DNA of 24,361 bases, from positions 1-24,361 of the forward strand of contig DASSSG010000213.1 in the NCBI GenBank assembly GCA_035708545.1, written 5' to 3'. Made by a program: the position numbers and the translations under genes. Every line of letters starts with the position of its first letter. Position 1 is the first letter of the stretch. This stretch comes from Bryobacteraceae bacterium. GTDB taxonomy: Bacteria; Acidobacteriota; Terriglobia; Bryobacterales; Bryobacteraceae. This document shows, piece by piece, positions 16,789-24,361 of this stretch. The notes beneath the pieces were generated by a model. It did no database searches and was not told the DNA's origin. It saw only the letters and a program-made list of their open reading frames with translations.

Positions 16789-19700
16789 GATGAGCCGACC
16801 TCGCCTGTAGCTGCTTTCTGACCCGGACGATGGCTTCCCGCTGTTTCGCCGCGCGCTCCGTGAAGTCCGCCGCCGGCACGCCCTCTTCCTGAGCAGTCAG
16901 GAACTTCGCGAGGGAGCCAACGGTCGGATAGCGGAACAAATCGATGATCGAGAACTCCGCCGCGATCACGTCACGCAGCCTGACGTGGAGGCGGTAGAGC
17001 ATCATCGAATGGCCGCCGAGATCGAAGAAGTTATCATCGACGCCGACGGCGGGCATTCCGAGTACTTCCCGCCACACGCCGGCGATCTTCCTCTCCAACT
17101 CATTTCGAGGCGCGCCGGACGCCCCGTCGGCCCGCGACCTGGCCTGATCGGGCAGGGGGAGGGCGCGCCGATCCACTTTCCCATTCGGTGTGAGGGGCAG
17201 CGAGTTCAGCAATACGACTGCGGCTGGAACCATGTATTCGGGAAGGCGGCTCCTCAGGTAGTCCTTGAGCGCCGGTGTGAGTTTTTCGACGAGCTGCGCC
17301 TGGAGCGGATTGTTGGTCCAGGCGCTCCAGTTCGGCGCGGCGGAGCGCGCCGGAACAGCGGCGGCGGGCGATAAAGCCTCCGTGTGCCGCCTGAACAGCA
17401 CGTCGTACTCAGGGCCGGCGCCATGGCCGGACCAACTGATCGAGACGTGGCAGTCCAACTCCTTCTCGAGCGCCCAGAAGTCGTGCGGGTCTACGCCGTC
17501 TCGTTTGAGTTTGTTCAGGCTCCGTTTTATCTCGCCGACGGTGAGCGGGCAATCGTCCGACCACAGCAGGTCGGCCGCGCGCACGTCTGTCTCGACACGT
17601 GCGTTGGGCACTCGCGTTATGGCGAGCGCATCGAGACCGCACTCGCGCACCAGGTCGCGCACGGTCGTGAGGCTTCGCACCTCTGCCCAGTCGAGCGACG
17701 GCGGCTCGGGAGCGCCGGCGGCGGGCCCCGCGGTCAGGACGCAGTCATAACGGTACCGCGTGAGCTCGTTATGAAACCGGCCGCGTTTCAACTGCACTTC
17801 GATGCCGCCGACGCGTGAGATTCGCTGGCCCAGGGCAAGAAACAGTGCCGGATCGACAAGCAGCTCTTCTTCGCTGTGCAGCCGCCGTTCGATGCGTTGC
17901 CGCAACTCCCTGGCGAGCATTCCGTCCGGGGCCCGGTGCAGTTCCACCGCGGTTCGGAATGCCTTCAGCAGCGGCAGGCCGCGGATATCTCCAACGAAGA
18001 CGTACCCGCCGTCGCGGGTTGTCTCGACGGCTCCTTCGAGCACCCGCAGGAGGTATTCGGCGTCGGAGAAGTATTGCACGACCGAGTTCAGCACAACGAC
18101 GTCAAACGCGCGCCGTGAGATCAATTCGAAATCGTCCGCCGTGCGTTCGAGGAGCGTCACGTTGGTGAGTCCCCGAGGCGCCAACTGACGTCGCACATGG
18201 TCGAGCGACACCCGGGAGAAATCGGTGCCCACGTATTCGTCACAGTGCGGCGCGATACGAAACAGCAGCAATCCGGTCCCACATCCGATCTCCAGAACCC
18301 TGCGGGGCCGTAATTGCAGGATGCGTTGCGAGGCGTGCTCGACCTGCTCGCGCATCTCCGCCTCCGGAATCGGCAGGCCGGTGTAACTGCTGTTCCAGCC
18401 GGCAATGTGAAAAGCGCCGTCGTGGGGCGGAGCGGCTTCGCTCATCGTCTGGTCGAAGACCTTGCGCCACTGCGCGACCTGGTCGGACGATGCGAGCCCC
18501 TCCATCGCGCCCGCACCGCGCGCATCCGGCACAACATAGGCGACAACCCGCTTTTCGCCGTACGCCTCCTCACGTGCCACGATTACCGCCTCTCTAACGG
18601 CGGGATGCTGGCGCAAATTCGATTCGATCTCACCGAGTTCGATGCGGAACCCGCGGATCTTGACCTGGTCATCCGTGCGGCCAAGGAATTCGAGATTGCC
18701 ATCGGCGCGCCAGCGCACGAGGTCGCCGGTTCGGTACAGGCGTGCGCCTTCGCGCGGGTCGAACGGATGCGGAATGAACTTCTCGGCCGTCAGTTCCGGG
18801 CGATTCAGGTAACCGCGCGCAAGACCGTCCCCGCTGATATGCAGTTCGCCCGGCACTCCGATCGGCACTGGCTGGAGATGCGCGTCGAGCACGTAAACTC
18901 GTTTGTTCGAGATCGGCCGCCCGAGCGGCGGCTCGCCCGCAGAGCCGCCGGCCAGGAGCGGTGCGCAGGTCGTAACCACCGTATCCTCGGTCGGACCGTA
19001 ATGGTTGAACACGGAGAACGGCAATCCGCTGCGCGGCCAGTGCTGCAAACGGTCGCCTCCGGTAAGCAGGCCGCGGAGGCGCACTCCGCCGGTCCAGGAC
19101 AGCTCGAGGACTGCCTCGGCGAGCGGCGTCGGCAGGAAGCAAAGTGTGATTCGCTCCGCCGTCAGCCATCTCACCAGCCCCGGCGGCGAAGCCAGCGTCG
19201 CTTCGCCGGGAATGTGGAGACTGGCGCCGCGCGCCAGATACGGCCAGATCTCCCACACGGACGCGTCGAAGGCGGGACTCGCGATCAGCGTGGCGCGGTC
19301 CTCGTGCGTGACGCTATAGGCCCGGTGGTGCCACGCGACAAGGTTGAGCAAACCGCCGTGCTCGATCTCCACTCCGCGCGGCGTGCCGGTGGAGCCGGAC
19401 GTATAGATGACATACGCACGGCTGGAGGTTGACAGCGCAGAATCACACTCACTGTCAGCCAGAGCCGGCCCGTCCGCCGGTGCCTCATCCAGGCAGACAC
19501 GCTCGAAGCCGCCCTCAGGCAGCTTGTCCAGGAACCTTCGTACCGTCAGTACAACCGGGGTCTTTGTGTCGGCGAGCATGAACGCCAGCCGCTCACGCGG
19601 ATACGCCGGGTCGAGTGGTACGTATGCGGCTCCTGCCTTGAGCACGCCTAAGACGGCGATTACAAGTTCAAGCGACCGCTCCAGACACACCGCGACCAGC

Positions 19701-21376
19701 GAATCGCCTCCGACGCCACGATCGAGGAGATGGCGTGCGATCTGGCCGGCGCGCCGGTTCAACTCGGAATACGTGAGACTGCGGTCCTGCTGGACCACGG
19801 CAATCGCCGACGGATCGCGACGTGCCTGATCGGCCACGAGCTGATGGACACAGCGGTCGCGGCTGTACGCTCGTGCGGTCGCGTTCCACTCGTCGAGCAA
19901 CCGTGCCTGCTCGGAAACACTCAGCAGCGGCAGCTCCGACAGCCTGCGATCGGGGTGTGCGGCAATCGCCGCGATCAGCACGTGAAAATTCGCGGCGAGG
20001 CGGGCAATCGTGTCATCCTCAAAAAGGTCGGTGCTGTATTCGAACTGACCGTTCAGGCCTCCCGGAGTCTCAAGCAAATCGAACCGCAGGTCGAACTTCG
20101 CGGTTCCCAGTTCCACCTGGGGCGCGGGCGGCAGCTCCTCAGCCGGTTCGGCGCCCGTCGATGGCGGCCCACTTAGCAGCTGGAACGTTACCTGGAATAG
20201 CGGATTTCTGCTGACGTCGCGCTCCGGCCGCAATTCCTCCACCAGTTTTTCGAACGGCACATCCTGGTGTGCGTATGCCGCCAGTGCGACCTGCTTTGCT
20301 CGCCGAAGCGCCTCTCGAAACGTTGGATCGCCAGACACGTCGATGCGCATCACCAGTGTGTTGACGAAGAACCCGATCAGCCCCTCGAGTTCCTCGCGAT
20401 TGCGATTCGCTATGGGTGCGCCGATGACAATGTCGTCCTGCCCCGTGTAGCGATGCAGCAGCTCCGCGAACGCAGCCAGAAGCGTGATGAACAGGGTAGT
20501 GCCCTCGCGCTGCGTCAGCGCCGTCAGCCGGCCCAGCTCAGGATCGCGAATCTCGATCTCCCGGCGAGCGCCGCGGAAGCTCGGCACCGCCGGCCGCTGA
20601 CGATCAGCGGGCAACTGCAGCACGGGCAGATTCGCGAGTTGCCTTTTCCAGTAGCTCAGTTGCTCGTCGAGGACCTCACCGCTGAGCCATTCCCGTTGCC
20701 ACACTGCGAAATCGGCGTACTGAATCGGCAGTTCCGGAAGAGGCGAAGCCTGGCCCATCGCGAACGCACCATAGAGCGCGGTCAGCTCGCAGAAGAACAC
20801 GTCCATCGACCAGCCGTCGCAAACGATGTGGTGCATCGTGAGCATGAATACGAACTCCTGCTCCGAACATCTGACGAGTGCGACACGGACCAGCGGATCG
20901 CGTGAGAGATCGAAAGGGGCGTATGTCTGTTCGAGTGCAAGGCGCGCTATCTCGGCTTCCCTCTCCTCGCGCGGCATCTCCGTGAGGTCGATGAGTGGCA
21001 TCGACAGGCGGAGAGAGGGCGCGATGACCTGCCGGGGCTCGCCGTCGATAATGCGGAATGTGGTGCGTAACGCCTCGTGGCGTCGCACGATCTCGTTCAG
21101 GCTTCGCTCCAGCACTGCGGGATCGAGCGCAGCTTCCACTCGGAACGTGCTGGTTTCGTTGTATGATGACGAGCCCGGCATCAACTGATCGAGAAACCAC
21201 AGCCGTTGCTGGGCAAATGAGAGCGGCGCAGGCCCTGGCTGTGTACGCCGCGGAATAGAATTCGACTGGCGTCCCTCGCCGCGCAACCTCTTTTCGAGCA
21301 AGGCACGCTTCACCGCCGAAAGCTCCGGCCTGGCTGGAGTCGCCTGTTCTGACTTGCTTCCGCCCACGGCGCTCAT
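16781..21376 (-). CDS. NRPS module C-A(N-methyltransferase inserted between A8 and A9)-T, leucine-type specificity
   Basis: C: HHIVCDGWS. A: YTSGSTGTPRG, FDASVWE and NHYGPTE; manual pocket code DAWFLGHVVK. N-MT (about 17303-18484): GWNSSYTG.PIP, LEIGCGTGLL and NSVVQYF. T: NFFDLGGHSM. The stop overlaps the PKS start by 8 nt. Confidence 0.95.
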   Translation of the reverse strand: MSAVGGSKSEQATPARPELSAVKRALLEKRLRGEGRQSNSIPRRTQPGPAPLSFAQQRLWFLDQLMPGSSSYNETSTFRVEAALDPAVLERSLNEIVRRHEALRTTFRIIDGEPRQVIAPSLRLSMPLIDLTEMPREEREAEIARLALEQTYAPFDLSRDPLVRVALVRCSEQEFVFMLTMHHIVCDGWSMDVFFCELTALYGAFAMGQASPLPELPIQYADFAVWQREWLSGEVLDEQLSYWKRQLANLPVLQLPADRQRPAVPSFRGARREIEIRDPELGRLTALTQREGTTLFITLLAAFAELLHRYTGQDDIVIGAPIANRNREELEGLIGFFVNTLVMRIDVSGDPTFREALRRAKQVALAAYAHQDVPFEKLVEELRPERDVSRNPLFQVTFQLLSGPPSTGAEPAEELPPAPQVELGTAKFDLRFDLLETPGGLNGQFEYSTDLFEDDTIARLAANFHVLIAAIAAHPDRRLSELPLLSVSEQARLLDEWNATARAYSRDRCVHQLVADQARRDPSAIAVVQQDRSLTYSELNRRAGQIARHLLDRGVGGDSLVAVCLERSLELVIAVLGVLKAGAAYVPLDPAYPRERLAFMLADTKTPVVLTVRRFLDKLPEGGFERVCLDEAPADGPALADSECDSALSTSSRAYVIYTSGSTGTPRGVEIEHGGLLNLVAWHHRAYSVTHEDRATLIASPAFDASVWEIWPYLARGASLHIPGEATLASPPGLVRWLTAERITLCFLPTPLAEAVLELSWTGGVRLRGLLTGGDRLQHWPRSGLPFSVFNHYGPTEDTVVTTCAPLLAGGSAGEPPLGRPISNKRVYVLDAHLQPVPIGVPGELHISGDGLARGYLNRPELTAEKFIPHPFDPREGARLYRTGDLVRWRADGNLEFLGRTDDQVKIRGFRIELGEIESNLRQHPAVREAVIVAREEAYGEKRVVAYVVPDARGAGAMEGLASSDQVAQWRKVFDQTMSEAAPPHDGAFHIAGWNSSYTGLPIPEAEMREQVEHASQRILQLRPRRVLEIGCGTGLLLFRIAPHCDEYVGTDFSRVSLDHVRRQLAPRGLTNVTLLERTADDFELISRRAFDVVVLNSVVQYFSDAEYLLRVLEGAVETTRDGGYVFVGDIRGLPLLKAFRTAVELHRAPDGMLARELRQRIERRLHSEEELLVDPALFLALGQRISRVGGIEVQLKRGRFHNELTRYRYDCVLTAGPAAGAPEPPSLDWAEVRSLTTVRDLVRECGLDALAITRVPNARVETDVRAADLLWSDDCPLTVGEIKRSLNKLKRDGVDPHDFWALEKELDCHVSISWSGHGAGPEYDVLFRRHTEALSPAAAVPARSAAPNWSAWTNNPLQAQLVEKLTPALKDYLRSRLPEYMVPAAVVLLNSLPLTPNGKVDRRALPLPDQARSRADGASGAPRNELERKIAGVWREVLGMPAVGVDDNFFDLGGHSMMLYRLHVRLRDVIAAEFSIIDLFRYPTVGSLAKFLTAQEEGVPAADFTERAAKQREAIVRVRKQLQARSAHHG

Positions 21377-21380
21377 AACT

Positions 21381-24359
21381 TCATCGTGCTCCTTGCAGCA
21401 GATTTTGGGCGTGCTCCTCGCTCAGGCCGCCGATCTCCTTCAATAACGCGTCTTCAATCACTTCAGCCAGACCGGCGATCGTCGGCGACTGGAAGATGTG
21501 CTGCAGCGGCAGCTCGACCTGGAAGACCTTGCGCACGCGCGACATGAGCTGCGTCGCCATGAGCGAGTGACCGCCGAGCTCGGTGAAGAAGTTATTGTGT
21601 ATTCCGACCTGTTTGAGTCCCAGCAACTCACACCAGATGCTGGCCAGCTGCTCCTCAGCCGCGGTACGCGGACCGACGAACCGCTCTTCTGGATCGGACC
21701 AGTTCCGGTCTGGACCGGGCAGACTCCGCCGATCCACTTTGCCGTTCGGAGTTCTGGGCAAGGCGTTCAGGACGAGAAAAGCCGCGGGCGCCATGTGAGC
21801 GGGAAGCCGCTCGCCAAGGTAGCTGGCCAGCATCGGCCCGAGGTCCTGGGCTTTTTGCCCGGCCAGAGGATTGTTCGCATACGCCGTCCACGGTTTTGAC
21901 GCGGGCTTTGGCCGGGCCGGAAAATCGGCGACGCGCGGGCCGTCCGATGCGGAGCTTAAAAACAACGCGTTGAAGTCCGCCTCGGACGCCGAATACGCCC
22001 AACCGACCAGAACATCCCTGCCCAGCCCACGTCCGAGCGCCCAGAATGCCTCCGGCTCGACACCACGTCCGGCCAGTGTGGATACCGCCTCCTTCAACTC
22101 GGCGGCTGTCGAAGGCCCGTATGGATCGGCCAGCAACTCCAAAGCCCCCACGGCGGCCGAAAGCCGCGCATTGGGGACGCCGGTCACCAGAACATCGCCT
22201 GTGGCAGCATCCGTCAGCGCTTCCCCCAAAGCGGCGGCGCTGCCGAGGCGAGCCCATTCGAGGACCTGCACTTCGCTGGCACGGGCAGGCGAATGGCCGA
22301 TGCGAAGCGCGACATCGTACCGGAATATCGTGAGCTCGTTGTGATATTGTCCGCGCTTGAGCTGCTGCTCGACAGCTCCGATCCGCGGATTGCTCGCCGC
22401 AAATGCGGTGAAGAAAGCGGGATCGAGCAGCAGTTCCCGTTCCTGCGCCATGCGCTGTTCTACTCTCTGCCGCAGATGCGACAGCGGAAGAGAGCCCGGC
22501 ACCCGGTCGAGCTCTAACGAGGTAAGAAACGCCTTTGCCAGCGGCAGAGCGCGGACATCTCCCACAAAGACAGTTCCGCCGTCCGACAGCACCTGCACCG
22601 CGCCGTTGAGAACGCGCAGCAGGTATTCCACGCTCGGGAAATACTGCACGACCGAGTTCACAATGACGAGGTCAAACGCACCTTCCTCGAGTCCCTCGAA
22701 GTTCTCGGCGGAGCGCTCGAGCAATTCCACCTGCGCCAGAAGGAGGCGGTCTGCCTCGCGGCGCACGTGCGCCAGCGCGGCTGCCGAGAAGTCCGTTGCC
22801 ACATATCGCGAGCAGTACGACGCGATGCGGAAAAGCAAAAGCCCCGTGCCGCAGCCGATTTCCAGTACCCGGCGGGGATGGAGCCGAAGGATCCGTTCCA
22901 CCGTTCGGTCGACTTGCTCCTGCATCTCCGCAGTCGGGATAGGCAGCCCGGTGTAGCTGCTGTTCCAGCCGATGGTATTGAACGTCGGATCCGGCTGCGG
23001 ATTCGGTTGAAGGTAGATGTCATCGTACAATTCCCGCCAGCGGGCGACCTGCTCGGCACCCGGCGCATCCTCCTGCGCAAAGAGCGCGCGGTAAAACGGA
23101 TTCGCTCTGAAGGGTGCGCGTTCGTAGTACGAGCAGTAGTCGAATGCAATCTCTTCCCCGCTTTTCCGCACGAGTGCGCCACGCATTCGGTAATCCGGCG
23201 TCCAGCCGTTGTCGCTGGGTGCGGCGGCAAAGACTGCGCGGATCGAATCACCTTCCTCGACGGGCACACCGGGGTAGAAAACGGGGAAGAACACGGGGAG
23301 CCATGTGTATTCGCGGCTAAGCACGTCGATCAGCTCCTCACGGTCGGGCCACAGGTTCAGCCAGAGCAGGAATCCATCGAGTCGTGAAGCCTTGTTGATG
23401 GTCAGGCTGATGTCGCGTTCGTATGCCGGCGTGATGTGCGCGGTGAAATCCAGTTCCTCGGCCACAGCGGAGTTCGACAGGATATGCGAGTGCGGCAGAT
23501 TCTTCACACACACTCTCACGTCGAATGGATGTCCGACCTTTTCGAAGATCTTCTGCGTGTAGTGAGACGTCATGTCGCCGAACTTCGGACGGCCTGCAAG
23601 CGCGTCGGGCAGCGAGACGGCGGCGATCTTTGTTTCGCTTCGCCAGGGGATCATAACGCCCCCCGGCTTCAGAAAGCGCCACGCATTGTTGAGCAGCGGA
23701 ACGACGCCCTCGGAAGACGCGATAGTGCCGATCAGCTCGGACACGCATACGTCGACTTTTTCGGGAAGCTCAACTTCGAGAGAGTCGCCGTGGATGAGCG
23801 TAACCCTGTCTTCGAGCCCCAGGCTGCGGATCAGCGTGCGCGCCCCTTCGAACGAGTCATCGAGCATCTCGATTGCATACACGCGTTCAGCGCCGGCTTC
23901 GGCACAGATGCGCGCCAGAATCGCGTCCCTTCCCGTGCCGATATCGACGACAGTCTTGCCCCGGACCACGCGCTCAATGGCGGCTCGGTAGGCCGCGATG
24001 CGCGGTTCATCGTGCGTCATAGCGTAGTAGAGCAGCTCATCGTATATGAAGTACTCGCCCACCGAGGGCCACAGTTCCGGCTGTTTCCCGACGGGCACCA
24101 CGTAAGCGACGAGCACAGCGTCGCTTCGCTCCTCGTCGGTGCGCGCGACGACAACCGCGTCCTCAACGGCCGGATGGTCTTTCAGGTGTGCCTCGATTTC
24201 GCCGAGCTCGATCCGAAAGCCCCGTACCTTGACCTGCTGATCGACTCGGCCCATGTATTCAAGGGCGCCGTCCCTGCGGTAGCGGGCCAGGTCTCCAGTC
24301 CGGAACAAGCGGCTGCCTTCTTCGTCAGAGAACGGGTTCGCTATGAATTTGGCTCGCGT
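21381..24359 (-). CDS. NRPS, 5'-truncated: A(C-terminal part) interrupted by PRMT-like MT plus backbone N-MT, then A-subdomain and T
   Basis: The frame is open to the window edge (TRAKFIANPFSDEEGSRLFRTGD). A7/A8 motifs are followed by MT1 (about 23079-24080), MT2 (about 21864-23057), NGKVDR and T NFFTELGGHSL. Confidence 0.93.
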   Translation of the reverse strand, partial: TRAKFIANPFSDEEGSRLFRTGDLARYRRDGALEYMGRVDQQVKVRGFRIELGEIEAHLKDHPAVEDAVVVARTDEERSDAVLVAYVVPVGKQPELWPSVGEYFIYDELLYYAMTHDEPRIAAYRAAIERVVRGKTVVDIGTGRDAILARICAEAGAERVYAIEMLDDSFEGARTLIRSLGLEDRVTLIHGDSLEVELPEKVDVCVSELIGTIASSEGVVPLLNNAWRFLKPGGVMIPWRSETKIAAVSLPDALAGRPKFGDMTSHYTQKIFEKVGHPFDVRVCVKNLPHSHILSNSAVAEELDFTAHITPAYERDISLTINKASRLDGFLLWLNLWPDREELIDVLSREYTWLPVFFPVFYPGVPVEEGDSIRAVFAAAPSDNGWTPDYRMRGALVRKSGEEIAFDYCSYYERAPFRANPFYRALFAQEDAPGAEQVARWRELYDDIYLQPNPQPDPTFNTIGWNSSYTGLPIPTAEMQEQVDRTVERILRLHPRRVLEIGCGTGLLLFRIASYCSRYVATDFSAAALAHVRREADRLLLAQVELLERSAENFEGLEEGAFDLVIVNSVVQYFPSVEYLLRVLNGAVQVLSDGGTVFVGDVRALPLAKAFLTSLELDRVPGSLPLSHLRQRVEQRMAQERELLLDPAFFTAFAASNPRIGAVEQQLKRGQYHNELTIFRYDVALRIGHSPARASEVQVLEWARLGSAAALGEALTDAATGDVLVTGVPNARLSAAVGALELLADPYGPSTAAELKEAVSTLAGRGVEPEAFWALGRGLGRDVLVGWAYSASEADFNALFLSSASDGPRVADFPARPKPASKPWTAYANNPLAGQKAQDLGPMLASYLGERLPAHMAPAAFLVLNALPRTPNGKVDRRSLPGPDRNWSDPEERFVGPRTAAEEQLASIWCELLGLKQVGIHNNFFTELGGHSLMATQLMSRVRKVFQVELPLQHIFQSPTIAGLAEVIEDALLKEIGGLSEEHAQNLLQGAR

Positions 24360-24361
24360 GA

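Larger units (their letters stand above)
1885..24361. other. Hybrid NRPS-PKS biosynthetic gene cluster (3' portion; continues beyond the right edge)
   Basis: Seven co-oriented minus-strand genes, most with overlapping or near-adjacent start and stop codons, plus the convergent PPTase/Ntn-hydrolase pair. Confidence 0.9.

Noticed and set aside
10300-21160. Similar DNA segments between the two C domains as a repeat or misassembly
   Set aside because: Similarity is at protein-motif level with many synonymous differences; ordinary NRPS paralogy.
8079-23991. Numerous 60-372 aa ORFs antisense or out of frame to the NRPS/PKS genes (e.g. 18314-19432 +)
   Set aside because: Shadow ORFs from GC-rich codon bias; none has independent motifs.
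1-24361. CRISPR array, tRNA or rRNA
   Set aside because: No regularly spaced repeat-spacer series or structural RNA signature seen; nearly all sequence is protein-coding.

Overview
GC-rich bacterial DNA holding the 3' part of a hybrid NRPS-PKS biosynthetic gene cluster. The minus strand carries a tightly coupled operon that enters from the right edge: (1) partial NRPS whose adenylation domain is interrupted by two back-to-back methyltransferases (PRMT-like, then backbone N-MT), followed by T; (2) NRPS C-A(N-MT)-T with a Leu-type pocket; (3) PKS KS-AT(malonyl)-KR-ACP; (4) stand-alone SAM methyltransferase with a docking-like N-terminus; (5) NRPS C-A-T with a Pro-like pocket and no thioesterase; (6) unknown 185-aa helical protein; (7) cobalamin-dependent radical SAM enzyme of the RiPP-maturase type (CX7CX2C). 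A convergent plus-strand pair encodes an Sfp-type PPTase and a GGT-fold Ntn-hydrolase with a Ser nucleophile and a remodelled pocket. An IS630-family element (about 1.1 kb, 25-bp imperfect TIRs, TA duplication, A8G -1 frameshift site) sits exactly in the CTAG that, by reconstruction of the empty site, formed the overlapping TAG stops of the two convergent genes; its ends restore both stops. The left edge holds a partial, probably unrelated DUF4038/GH140-like glycoside hydrolase. All assignments come from motif reading by eye; no searches were run.
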